DNA of 64,000 bases from Eledone cirrhosa. Lineage: Eukaryota. The notes below the pieces were generated by a model. That model worked only from the letters and a program-made list of their open reading frames with translations. It searched no databases and was not told where the DNA came from. The DNA is taken from the NCBI GenBank assembly GCA_964016885.1, contig OZ024741.1:149234001-149298000 (forward strand), written 5' to 3'. A program made the translations under genes and the position numbers. Positions 1-13,299 of the stretch are shown here, piece after piece (position 1 is the first letter of the stretch; each line of letters starts with the position of its first letter).

Positions 1-416
<416 letters not shown>

Positions 417-825
417 CACATCTTTCCCTCTCTCTCTCTCTCTACACACACACACCTTTCGATATATTTCAGTAACAAAATTCTGTTCCCTTCTTCCAAA
501 CATGTTCAGCAAATTCCGTTGTTTAAAGGTAACACAGACCAAGAGAATATCTTCCTATTATCTTCTGTATAAAACATCTTTGTATTTTATGACTTTACAT
601 ATTGTAATATAATCTAGTCGGTATACCTCTAACACTTCTGACGTTAAAAGTACATCTCGTAGTTTTTGAAATGTTAGACTCGCGATTGTCTGCATACCAT
701 TCTTGCAAAATATTCAAAGGTAAAGGAAATGTTTTGGATGTTTCAGGTGATTTAGAAGGGCGCTGTAGTGCTATAACAAGCTAACCCCCTCTCTCTCTCT
801 ATCTATCTATCTATCTATCTATTTA

Positions 826-891
<66 letters not shown>

Positions 892-921
892 ATCAAAAGA
901 TGGTTAAAGGAGTTCCATGTA

Positions 922-991
922 TTTTATTATGCGCATTTCAAAAACAAACATCATCATGCAATAATAATATTTGTGTTTTCATCAGATAAAA
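922..991 (-). ncRNA. Mirror copy of the type I hammerhead ribozyme
   Basis: Reverse complement of 1116-1185. Confidence 0.8.
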
Positions 992-1115
992 CAGGAGGAC
1001 ATGATATGAAGGCTAAAAAACACTTGTGGATAGTGCAGTTTTAAATCAACACATATGTTGATTTAAAACTGCACTATCCACAAGTGTTTTTTAGCCTTCA
1101 TATCATGTCCTCCTG

Positions 1116-1185
1116 TTTTATCTGATGAAAACACAAATATTATTATTGCATGATGATGTTTGTTTTTGAAATGCGCATAATAAAA
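1116..1185 (+). ncRNA. Type I hammerhead ribozyme (canonical core)
   Basis: Stem I ttttat/ataaaa; CUGAUGA 1122-1128; ~18-bp stem II with G-U pairs; GAAA 1168-1171; palindromic minimal stem III augcgcau; predicted cleavage after AUA at 1179. Confidence 0.82.
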
Positions 1186-1475
1186 TACATGGAACTCCTT
1201 TAACCATCTTTTGATCTTATATATTATGTATACTCCAGTCCTACAAACTGTAGAGTGCTTCTTATCCGATATCTGCATTGCTTTATTGTACTACAATAAA
1301 ACTCACCTCCTACATATATATATATACAGAAAGAGAGAGATTAAAAAGAATCGAAGTCAGTGTTTGCAGCATGAATACAAACATTATTGGCATAAGTTAA
1401 CACACCTGACTTATAATATATATATATATATATATTGGAAAATGTGTGTAATCCTTGGTACAGTTAGGTATATTA

Positions 1476-2040
<565 letters not shown>

Positions 2041-2200
2041 AATCGTTTCAAATATGAAAACACATAAAGGCAGGAGAAGATATTATTACAACTCAAAATA
2101 CGAGATTTATTACAGTAAACTATTCAGAAGGCTACATGCAACACTACTTGTAAGAACTTCTTATTTCAAATGTTTAAGTAGACGCATACACCAAATATTA

Positions 2201-2554
2201 CATTGAGAATAAGACCAAATACTGTTAATTACATCACATTTTAATTAACACACGTTTCTTCCATCCCATAGGACATATAATTAATTATTAGTTAATTAAT
2301 TATATGAGCAAATGATTGGATTCATGAGAATTAAAATAAAAAATACAAGAAACATGTTTACCTCTTCGATTCATTTATATGTGAGTTTACACAGTAGTGT
2401 AAGAAAAAAATGTTTCTTGTGATTTGTTTTGATTTTTATTAATTCTGATGAACCCAATCATTTGCTCATATAATTGATTAACTAATAATTAATTATATGT
2501 CCTATGAGATGGAAGATATGATATAATTAACAATATTTGGTCTTATTTTCAATG
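2201..2554. repeat. Older inverted repeat with degenerate hammerheads in both arms
   Basis: Left arm (minus) reads uuaauu-CUCAUGA...GAAAcgugugUU-aauuaa. Right arm (plus) has CUGAUGA at 2445-2451 but has lost GAAAC. Confidence 0.65.
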
Positions 2555-2631
<77 letters not shown>

Positions 2632-2639
<8 letters not shown>

Positions 2640-2900
2640 ATACAATAGGAGGAAACATGATAATAGTACCACTGATGATGTTGCAGATGTGCAACGAAAG
2701 AACTTTGTTAGAGTATATATATATATTTATATCTGTATTTTTAACCGTTCGTCAGTCAATGATAAACATTGATTGCCAAATGAATTAATTATGGAGATAT
2801 AAAAGATACAGAAGCGAAAACCAACCAAACAGTGAGTGTGTTCTGTTATTATTATTTCTGGTAATATTATTACAACAATATGACTCTCGCCAAGTATATA
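2632..2900 (+). mobile_element. Dispersed repeat with hammerhead motif (second copy at ~34675-34957)
   Basis: CUGAUGA 2672-2678, stem II guugca/ugcaac, GAAA 2696-2699. About 270 bp homologous to 34675-34957. Confidence 0.65.
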
Positions 2901-3356
2901 GTGATTTCCAGAGGTTGATTGAAGAGAAGGAACTTTTCATTTTCCGTCGTCTTTCTCTTGTGCGTCCCCCTTTTTTGTTAAATCTCAGAGTAATAAACAT
3001 ACGTTAAAGGTGTACAAATTGAAAATTGTGGTTAAGCGGAGAATGCCACAGAAGCCACCACAACAACGAAAACACAAGCAGCTATATATATATATACAAA
3101 GAGAGAGGGGGTATTGCTTTTCAGGAGAGATTTAGTGAATACTTGCTTTGCTGAAACATCATAACCTATCTTTGCCTTATCGTAATATCACGCAACCTGA
3201 CAAATTCAGAAATATTTCATTTCCCTAAAAAATATAATAGATAAGTAGCCAATTTACCAACACTAATCTTCCTGCAGTAACACAATATAAATCGTTGTTG
3301 GTATTCACTAAAACAAAGTTCATTCCTTCTTTAAAGAACCATGGCTTGAAGTGAAA

Positions 3357-3465
3357 TTAATTGTTTCTACTTTTGGCACAAGGCCAGCAATTATTCCAGT
3401 GCATTACTGGTACTTTATTTTATCGACCCCGTAAGGATGAAAGGCAAAGTTAACCTCGGCGGGAA
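3357..3465 (-). mobile_element. SINE 3' fragment (family of 47385-47787)
   Basis: Reverse complement of gaggttaactttgcctttcatcc...aaaagtagaaacaatt. Confidence 0.7.
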
Positions 3466-4578
3466 GTGAAATTAATGACATCCATAAATAGATGTCATCA
3501 ATGTCATTGCTACGACATATTATCTATAGCTAAGAAGTAATTCTGCTTTATAACAGATTCCTTTTTCTTAGATAACTTTTATAAATTAATACAGATATTT
3601 TAATAAAACATTGAGATTTTTTTTTTTTAATTAACCGTTTTAATACTAAACCATCTGAAACCACCCTCAGTTCTATGATATAAAGCTGTATATTTTTAAA
3701 GTGTTTAAATTAGCTATCTAAAAACCAACCTTTGTTAAGTTACGTTCGAAACATTAGATAAATAATGATAAAGTTAATTATAGTACTAAGTCCCTCCAAA
3801 TCCTTGATTATTTAAAAAATTATTTGCAGCACGCTGGTGGTATGTCTTATTAAAATATATTAACGATAAGGTTAGGGCTACGAAAAACTTAGTTGACTCA
3901 AATATGATCAAGGTTCAGAACCATGAAGCACTGAACAACAATCTGTAGATTATATAGTTTGAATTTTTTTGTTTTATTTTTTATATATAAACGTTTTAAA
4001 AATACATTATTTAAATAGAGAAATTCCCACCCACCTAATCTTCAGGTTTCCTATTGCGTTGTTATAATTTCCAATTTTGCAGTTAAGTTGCAGTAACTAT
4101 GAACTGCTTGCATTGTTAATAATAGCCGTTACCTTACTTGTAAGAGTTGTATTTTAACCTATATTTAGCTGGTGCATCATTAGAAAGTAACACTGCTATC
4201 TAGTTTCCGCTATCTAGACAGACAAAAAAAATAATAATGGTAATAAATAAAATGAATTTTCTACAAAATAAATAAATAAATAACAAGATCGAATGTTTCA
4301 AAAGCAGTCGGTTTTACATGATAGATGAAATTAATAAATTCAATCTTATTACCCTGAAAATTCGTTGTAGAATTTACATGCTTCTAATATCAGCCAAATA
4401 CGTTATCCTGAACTCTTCTAGCAAAACCTTTCTCCCTGTTTTCTTACGTCTTCAATATTAACAAATCTTAATTAACAGATATTTGCATGTCATTGTTACT
4501 AATTGTTTTCTTTCTGGTTGGTGATCTCAACTGAGCAATACCAAGAGCTTTGATTCAAGGTAAGCACATCATGTATAG

Positions 4579-4647
<69 letters not shown>

Positions 4648-4956
4648 TTATTATTATTAATTGTTTTTACCTTCGTGTTTACGCTACTCACCCATTTACA
4701 TAGCTTTGCTCTATAATTAATATTAATGGTAATTGCTAGCTTCAATCGACCTATCTTTTTTGCTCAGATTGGCTTCTTGCAGTGGATTTTTAAACATCCT
4801 TTTAAAATAAACTTTTTTCTTATGTCTCTACAGATTTTTAATATTATTTATTGCTTCCTGTGTTTAAATTTATAATTCAAACTGAAAATAGTTTGTTTTT
4901 TTTAAGTTAAAATTGTTTCAACTAAAAACTATTTTGAGTTTCAACTTTGACGTTAC

Positions 4957-5389
4957 CAGGGCCGGCGCATGGGTATTTAGAGCACTAAGCTACTAAGCAC
5001 TAAGCTACACGTATAAACACCTGATTATTTAGAGCCATAGGCTAGTTCTAAAATGTGCACCCTTTTCTCCTAAATAAAATAATTTCAACTTACAATTTGG
5101 CAACTGACGAACCAAGATGTTGACACTTCTTGCTCTCACTCGAGCCAAATCATATGGCAAATTATAATCCCATAGGACACTCTACACCTCTTTCGATATT
5201 TCCACAGCGCTGCTACTCGCAAAGATATTTAGTGGTTTATTTATTGCCCGTATGGAATTTTTATATATTTAATTTAACTATACATATTAGTATAAAATTG
5301 TGAGCCTTTTTAGATTCAGTAATACTTCTTTCTAAAAGTTGCGTCTTAGGCGGCTGCCTAGTTGGCCCTAATTGGTAGCGCCGGTCCTG
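4957..5389. mobile_element. MITE / non-autonomous DNA transposon (hAT-like termini)
   Basis: Terminal inverted repeats cagggccggcgc ... gcgccggtcctg. No clear TSD seen. Confidence 0.5.
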
Positions 5390-5708
5390 GTCCTATCTAA
5401 GATATTGTTTGATTTCAATATTGTTGGAAGCTAAGCTTTTGATGTTTCTATATATTAAAAAATAAACTGGACAATTTGTTTGCTTTTATTCTTTACTAAT
5501 ATACCTGACTTCATTACCAAAAACCCTCTTAGTCCTAGAATTAGCTGAGAATGGCATGTGAACAGTGGAGTGGCTACCCACTGATAATATACATTAAAAT
5601 ATCTGCAGTATCAAGTCTCAAAAAACTAACTTAATATAAAAGGGAGTTTTCTTTGATATACTTGATATGTTTGTTATAATTGTGCTTTCTGTAATTCAGT
5701 TTTGTTGT

Positions 5709-5758
<50 letters not shown>

Positions 5759-5922
5759 TACCGCGTAGTGAATAGTCACTTCCACTATTATAGGCTTTCT
5801 GATGAAGTGTGATAAACAATTAACTATTAAATATGATTGAACAATATATACTGTAGTCACCATATGTAGACGATTATAATAGACACAGAAACATATGTTA
5901 AAGCAAATAAATTCCTGATCTC

Positions 5923-5976
<54 letters not shown>

Positions 5977-6476
5977 GATAAAGTATTACCCACTCTACTA
6001 CCCTAAGTATTGAGTACTCTGGTGCGTTATGGTCCATCTGGTTCCTTACCACAACTCCTTCTTTATATATATATATACACAGAGAGTGAGAGAGGTATCT
6101 TGTTTGATTACCTTGCGAATACACAGGCGAAAATTTAGAGTAACAAGACTCTGACTTGACCTTAATATATGTAACTAAGACCGTCAATTGCCTTAACTTA
6201 AACGTAAACAAATCTACAACAATACAAATGATTTTATTTGTATACTCTATTATCAACATTGAGCTCTGCCTGATTTGTTGATAACCAAGATCACTGTGAA
6301 AAGCATTTTATGAATTGTTTAATGAGAAGATTGCTCGGGTTATTTTATATCTGTATTATTAGTAATGTCTATTCTAAACCAGTTTCGAAAACTGACTTAA
6401 CATGCATTTTCATACCAAGATCACTAGATCTATGTATGCACATGCGCGCGCGCACACACACACGCACACACGCACG

Positions 6477-6533
<57 letters not shown>

Positions 6534-6594
6534 AAGATCAGGAAATTTAAGACATTTTGTCTTACACGTGTTGAAATAATGAAAATCTCGTTCA

Positions 6595-7500
6595 AGCTCT
6601 TCTTCACCCACATATTCCCGAGAGGACCGTGGAGGCAAAGTCCTCTAACACGATCTCAAGAAGGCCCTATCAAAATCAATCGTCTCCAAATGATCCCCAA
6701 GAGTGACCAACCAAGCTTATGGATGTTATCCAACCAACATGCTTGTCGTCTACCTCTGGGTCTCCTGCCAGTTAGCTTTTCGCCGTATTCCCGTAAAGTC
6801 TGTCCAGTTATTCTTTCCGGGGACCTTCTAAACACATGTCCAGCGCATTGGAGCTGTGATCTCTCAATTCAAAGAAGTAGCGTCTCTACCTGGAGTGGTT
6901 CCCTGATACCCGAGATACGCACCCTATCGATTAATGTTATTCCAAAGACCCTTCGAAGGAAACCTGTTAGGCCGCTTCCATTCGCGATCGTATTCTTTCG
7001 GTCATTACTCAAGACAGATGGTCATAAGTAAGGGTAGTCACGAACACCGAATTGAAGATAGTGAGTTTGGCGTTTACACCTATCTCTCTTCTGGCGATGA
7101 TAGAGTTTTGAAGGTAGCGCATTATTGCACCAGCTCCGACCAGTTTTGTAAGTTTTCATGACTTTATGTAGTCTTAGGTTGAAGATAACTGGTGATCAGT
7201 TGACAGTTCAGCCCATCTCTTAACATGAACATCCAGCACAGAATTGAAGAGGTCAGAGACAATAAAAAATCAATTGCTGACATCTGTCCCTGATTCCTCT
7301 TGTACCATGTATATTTATGAAATCTTCGTGCTGGAAGAACGTACTTATAGAGAGCCCATTAATAGAACAGAAGCCTAATAAGACATTTGTATTTAAATCG
7401 GGATCGCCGTTCCTTCCAATCACTCCTTTCTATGTCAAGTAGTCAGTACCAACACGTACATTGGAATCTCCCATTAGGATACATGACTTAGTCTTAAGTA
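6595..7500 (-). mobile_element. Decayed non-LTR (RTE-like) retrotransposon fragment
   Basis: Minus strand gives broken C-terminal RT-like peptides (e.g. LQCAGHVFRRSPER...SRRPRGRRQACW), typical of LINE ORF2 3' ends. Multiple stops. Confidence 0.45.
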
Positions 7501-7643
7501 CATCTAGAAAAGGTAAAGGAAAGAAGAGTGCTCTAGAGCTATCTGATGAACGGGCTGGACGTTTCTGTAAGGATCGTCTAGTTGCTTGAAGCCTTTGGTA
7601 ATGGAATAATTATTTTGTGTCGTTTATTATGTAATTAAATAAT

Positions 7644-7736
<93 letters not shown>

Positions 7737-7746
7737 AACAAGTATG

Positions 7747-7842
7747 ACCCCGACGGCAGAGCTCAAGCCGTTTCGACGGCTAATTCTGGACTAAATAAGA
7801 ATTTTTAGCCTGGTAAATAAATAGCCGAACTTCTCAGGGGGT
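7747..7842 (-). ncRNA. Mirror copy of the Penelope hammerhead (variant core)
   Basis: Reverse complement of 11270-11365. Confidence 0.7.
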
Positions 7843-8789
7843 AATTCCATATATGGGAAGATAGTAATTGTCAAAAGGATTGGTCAAAAGTTTGTTGTAA
7901 AGACAGATGATTCTATCATGGCATTTAGTGGGAGGTAGGGGTAGCTGAACTTGCCGGTAGAACAAAGAGGGAGTGGGGGGAACCCAGTCAAACGTTGAAT
8001 GTGAAATCTATACAGCAGATTCTAAGGATAGTGCATAGAAGGTCGAAAAAAGTGTACTGGAGAAGGGGAGGGGGGAGTTGAAAAAATAGGTAAATTGAAA
8101 GGAAGTAAACAAAAAAAAACATTATAAAAATGAGGAAATAAATATATAAAAAACAATTTCTGGCCACTACTCCATCCCCACAATCACCAAATCTCTCACT
8201 GGTATTGCTAAGATATAGAAAAGTTTAATAGGTGGAGAAAAATGCTAAATACGAGATTGTAGTGAAAAATGTTTATAAAGCCATCTTAACACCACTGCTA
8301 TAGTTAGTAGTAATCAGCCAATGCTGTCTTACAATGACAGGTTAATAAGTTGAGGACAAACATACTAAAAAACTAATACGAAATATTAATTCAGTATACT
8401 AATATATAAATACTAATACGAGAATACTAATGCAAAAATATCACTAAGAAATTTAGAAATCACGGAAATAGAACAGCAACCAGAAAGAAAGCAATTATCT
8501 AGGGTCTAACACATCTGCTATAAAAGGCGTAATCAGCCAATTCTATCTTAAAATTAGGGGGTGGGGGTACTGAGGCTACAGAGGACCGATGTGCTGCATC
8601 GGGGTGGGCGAAAAAGTGAAAAAAAAAGACAAGGAAAGATATCTGGGGTGGAAGGACTAGGAAGAGATGGAGGGAAGAAGGAAATATAGAGGAAAAGATT
8701 TAAAAAAAAAGTTACGTCTACCTTTGTAAGCAGAGTTACCCCTTACAAAATCGGCAAGTGGGTGTTTCAGCCCTTGTCTCTACCCCCCC

Positions 8790-9497
8790 CCCCCGGTCAT
8801 TATGGGGTTTGAGGGTGAGGTAAGTCCTACGCAACCTGTGTTTGCATGCAGTTACCAGTTCGTCTTTCTTGTTTAGGAGTTGGTCCTTCGAAAACAGCAT
8901 TTGTAATGTTTCCTCCTAGCATAAGTTACACGGACGGCGTCCTGCCGTGTAAGAGTTAGCTCTGGACAGTAAGCTCCAAGTGAGATTGTAGGTTATATTA
9001 TTATCTTTGAGGTCCCAGATGTGGCCCGAGAGTGTAGTGGCATGACGCCGGGCCAGGTTTCGGAAAGTATGTCTGTGTAGGTAGAGCCGGGTCTTGAAGT
9101 CACAAGCGGTTAATCCTATATAAGCTTTGTTGGAGGTGTCCGTCCTCACGTTGCACTGGTAGATCACATTACGATCTCGGCATCTGTTGTTGAAGGGGCA
9201 AAGGGATCTATCAGGACAGTTACACCTCCTGGTCGGCTCTCCACTGCTATCTAGGTTATTTCTTCCATAGGGGTTGAGTTTTTTGTTGTTAGAGGAGACG
9301 ATGTTTTGTGCAAAGTTAGGTGTGGTGCTGTAGGAGAGTTTGATGGTGTTTTTGTTGATTATGTTGTTGTAGTGGGAAGTGTTTTTCGATGAGCCGAAAG
9401 AAGATTTTCCCGATAGGTGTTGTCACCTCGGCATTGTGGGGAGGATTGAACCACGTTACGTTGTGTGAGCGGCGGTGTCGCCTGCTGGTTCCGCTAA
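8790..9497 (-). pseudogene. Inverted copy of the Penelope GIY-YIG region, with premature stop
   Basis: ORF 8916-9167 is near-identical to the plus copy; TAG replaces Ser after CNLC. Confidence 0.85.
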
Positions 9498-9499
9498 TG

Positions 9500-10333
9500 A
9501 GCAGATATCCCGCATATGAGCAGATATTCGACGAACATGCGTCTTATTACAACCAGGCCCTCAAGCGGAGTGGCTTCCGGGAGGAAATATCCTATTATCC
9601 AGCTTCCTTTAGCGGAACCAGCAGGCGACACCGCCGCTCACGCAACGTAACGTGGTTCAATCCTCCCCACAATGCCGAGGTGACAACACCTATCGGGATA
9701 ATCTTCTTTAGGCTCATCGAAAAACACTTCCCACTACAACACCGCTACCACAACATAATCAACAAAAGCACCATCAAACTCTCCTACAGCACCACACCTA
9801 ACTTTGCACAAAACAACGTCTCCTCTAACAACAAAAAACTCAACCCCTATGGAAGAAATAACCTAGACAGCAGTGGAGAGCCGACCAGGGGGTGTAACTG
9901 TCCTGATAGATCCCTTTGCCTCCTCAACAACAGATGCCGAGATCGTAATGTGATCTACCAGTGCAACGTAAGGACGGACACCTCCAACAAAGCTTATATA
10001 GGATTAACCGCTTATGACTTCAAGACCCGGCTCTACCTACACAGACATACTTTCCGAAACCCAGCCCGGCGTCATGCCACTACACTCTCGGGCCACATCT
10101 GGGACCTCAAAGATAATAATATAACCTACAATCTCACTTGGAGCTTACTGTCCAGAGCTAACTCTTACACGAGAGGACGCCGTCCGTGTAACTTATGCTC
10201 GGAGGAAACATTACAAATGTTGTTTTCGAAGGACCAACTCCTAAACAAGAAAGACGAACTGGTAACTGCATGCAAACGCAAATTGCGTAGGACTTACCTC
10301 ACCCTCAAACCCCATAATGACCCAGGGAGGTAG
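9500..10333 (+). pseudogene. 5'-truncated Penelope-like ORF: RT thumb/linker + GIY-YIG endonuclease
   Basis: WFNPP...IKLSYS...GCNC..CLLNNRC..VIYQC...YIGLT..FKTRLYLH...TTLSGHIW..K...CNLCSEE. ORF 9389-10333 begins in the inverted arm, so its first ~37 aa are artefactual. Confidence 0.85.
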
Positions 10334-11269
10334 ACAAGGGCTGAAACACCCACTTGCCGATTTTGTAAGGGGTAACTATGCTTACAAAGGTAGACGTAAC
10401 TTTTTTTTTTATCTTTTCCTCTATATTTCCTTCTTCCCTCCATCTCTTCCTAGTCCTTCCACCCCAGATATCTTTCCTTGTTTTTTTTTTTTCACTTTTT
10501 CGCCCACCCCGATGCAGCACATCGGTCCTCTGTAGCCTCAGTACCCCCACCCCCTAATTTTAAGATAGAATTGGCCGATTACGCCTTTTATAGCAGATAT
10601 GTTAGACCCTAGATAATTGCTTTCTTTCTGGTTGCTGCTCTATTTCCGTGATTTCTAAATTTCTTAGTGATATTTTTGCATTAGTATTCTCGTATTAGTA
10701 TTTATGTATTAGTATTCTGAATTAATATTTCGTATTAGTTTTTTAGTATGTTTGTCCTCAACTTATTAACCTGTCATTGTAAGATAGCATTGGCTGATTA
10801 CTACTAACTATAGCAGTGGTGTTAAAATGGCTTTATAAACATTTTTCACTACAATCTTGTATTTAGCATTTTTCTCCACCTATTAAACTTTTCTATAGCT
10901 TGGCAATACCAGTGAGAGATTTGGTGATTGTGGTGATGGAGTAGTGGCCAGAAATTGTTTTTTATATATTTATTTCCTTATTTTTATAATGTTTTTTTTT
11001 TGTTTACTTCCTTTCAATTTACCTATTTTTTCAACTCCCCCCTCCCCTTCTCCAGTACACTTTTTTCGACTTTCTATGCACTATCCTTAGAATCTGCTGT
11101 ATAGATTTCACTTTCAACGCTTGACTGGGTTTCCCCCACTCCCTCTTTGTTCTACCGGCAAGTTCAGCTACCCCTACCTCCCACTAAATGCCATGATAGA
11201 ATCATCTGTCTTTACAACAAACTTTTGACCAATCCTTTTGACAATTACTATCTTCCCATATATGGAATT

Positions 11270-11365
11270 ACCCCCTGAGAAGTTCGGCTATTTATTTACC
11301 AGGCTAAAAATTCTTATTTAGTCCAGAATTAGCCGTCGAAACGGCTTGAGCTCTGCCGTCGGGGT
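11270..11365 (+). ncRNA. Type I hammerhead-like ribozyme in Penelope 3' end (variant core CUGAGAA)
   Basis: Stem I acccc/ggggu; core CUGAGAA 11275-11281; stem II g..cggcua/uagccg.c; GAAA 11338-11341; stem III cggc/gccg with gagcuc palindromic loop; GUC 11358-11360. Confidence 0.72.
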
Positions 11366-11377
11366 CATACTTGTTCC

Positions 11378-11426
<49 letters not shown>

Positions 11427-11465
11427 ATTATTTAATTACATAATAAACGACACAAAATAATTATT

Positions 11466-11531
11466 CCATTACCAAAGGTTTCAAGCAACTAGGCGATCCT
11501 TACAGAAACGTCCAGCCCGTTCATCAGATAG
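11466..11531 (-). ncRNA. Second-family type I hammerhead (canonical core)
   Basis: Minus strand: cuau-CUGAUGA-acgggcuggacg...cgccuaguugcuu-GAAA-ccuuugg-UA-augg. The mirror copy at 7539-7604 (+) has GAAG instead of GAAA. Confidence 0.68.
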
Positions 11532-11591
11532 CTCTAGAGCACTCTTCTTTCCTTTACCTTTTCTACGAAATACTTCACACACACAGACACA

Positions 11592-11632
<41 letters not shown>

Positions 11633-11656
11633 ACACACACACACATATATATATAT

Positions 11657-11925
11657 AGTATAATTAAAATTTCATATTCTTAACATGTATGCGCGACCTT
11701 AGGTTTCGGGGTCCAATTATGGCCACCATTGTAGAGTGGAGGAGCCGTTCTAATACTGGCCTCTCATCGGGCACTAGGACAAAATTCATAAGCTGTTAGA
11801 GGTGGGACTATGAAACCCAACGCCGCGTATACATATTAAGTGCATGAAATTTTATTTATACTAAATATGCTCTCTTGAAATAGATTGAGCATTGTTTTAC
11901 TTGGCTTTTTATCTACGGATACCCT
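11657..11925. mobile_element. Short inverted-repeat element with degenerate hammerhead (11690-11774, -)
   Basis: Arms ~11657-11707 and ~11812-11862. Minus strand: gugc-CCGAUGA...cccc-GAAA-ccuaagg-UC-gcgc. The tail resembles 14005-14070. Confidence 0.55.
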
Positions 11926-12007
11926 GCGCGCGCACGCACACACAAACACACACACGTACGTACGTAATACATACATACATACATACATACATACATACAT
12001 ACATACA

Positions 12008-12039
<32 letters not shown>

Positions 12040-12710
12040 CCAACCCGCTTGAACCAAAGTATGACTGAACTTGGATTTAGGACAAAGAGCGCAGCTCCCT
12101 AATTCATAGTCTACAAATGGCTGCGATAGCTGGCACCTTCAAAATTTGCAAAACATTCTTGCGATTCAAGGGATGACAATTTCTTTTCTTTTACAACCTT
12201 ACCACCAGGAAGGTGCCCGGCCAAAAAAATATACTCGAAATTAAGAGAAAGAGATAACATACATATATGTGTGCGTGGAGAGAGGGGGGGGGGAGAACTA
12301 AAGCATTGTTAACACCCTCTGTCATCAACGTTGCATGTGTAGCTTGCTACTTTAAATTATAGAAAGCTTATGTGTTGCGCTTTTCTTTAAATCTTTGTCG
12401 TAGTTATGTGATGGGGTGGAAGAGGTGTAGTAAACAGAGACAGTACTATATTTTGTTAACATGTTAACTACCGATGGTACTGTTGGTGGGTGTCGATAAC
12501 TGCAGCGATAGAAGGTGTAACGACTGTAGCTGATATAGAAACAATTTGGGGAAGTGAAGTGGTGTGAACTGAAATTACTACTAATGTTAGTTGGTGGGGC
12601 TACTTACTGTCTTACTGACTACATGGTAGCGTTGTTGAAGAGATTCACACACCTCTCCCAGTCAAGTGAGTGTTTATGTATGCATTTGTCTAAGTACGTG
12701 AGTGTATATA

Positions 12711-12761
12711 TATGTTATGAAATACTGTTAGCTTCTCGCTAAAACAATTTCTATACCTTTC

Positions 12762-12797
<36 letters not shown>

Positions 12798-12851
12798 GAA
12801 AGGTATAGAGATTGTTTTAGCGAGAAGCTAATAGTATTCTATAACATATAT
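12711..12851. repeat. Inverted repeat (~55-bp arms) centred on a (TA)n tract
   Basis: tatgttatgaaatactgttagcttctcgctaaaacaat...cattta (TA)n taaatg...attgttttagcgagaagctaatagtattctataacata. Confidence 0.8.
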
Positions 12852-13188
12852 GCGACTATATCGTCAAGATGGGAAAAGTAGTTAACGTAAGATTTAGGGA
12901 AATTAATTCAAACTCATCTCAAAAGAGAATCAGGATACAAATTCATCCACAGAATTTGGTGAAATCCAGGGAAAAATCAATAGACCTTTAACTCATGATA
13001 AAATAAAGTTTAAAACACTTATCCTTCAATTTGGAATAACATCAAATGCTCTGTATAGTCTTAAAAGACTATTTCATGAAAACTTTCAGTGGAGATGGTC
13101 ACGGTTGGATTTCAATCGTCAGCAGAGCTCAACAGATAACCAGGGCTACCACAGTATTATAAGCCGAAAAGGGAATTCTAAAACTTAC

Positions 13189-13219
<31 letters not shown>

Positions 13220-13299
13220 ATAAATTTACAGAACACCCCACTCGGTTTCGGTGGGAAAAGAAGTTTTTCCCTCTTTTTTTTTTCGCGTGATCAACTAAT

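Larger units (their letters stand above)
885..1222. repeat. Near-perfect ~340-bp DNA palindrome carrying a hammerhead in each arm
   Basis: Arms are reverse complements around centre 1053.5 (caaca-cata-tgttg). Begins directly after a (TA)n tract. Confidence 0.92.
7504..11565. mobile_element. Penelope-like element as a ~4-kb inverted duplication (arms ~7504-9497 and ~9609-11565, ~111-bp spacer)
   Basis: The two ~2-kb arms are reverse complements with scattered substitutions. They encode the GIY-YIG C-terminus and hammerhead-bearing 3' ends. Confidence 0.9.

Noticed and set aside
9389-9499. N-terminus of the 314-aa ORF as a real start
   Set aside because: It is read from the inverted arm. The Penelope ORF is 5'-truncated and lacks the RT core.
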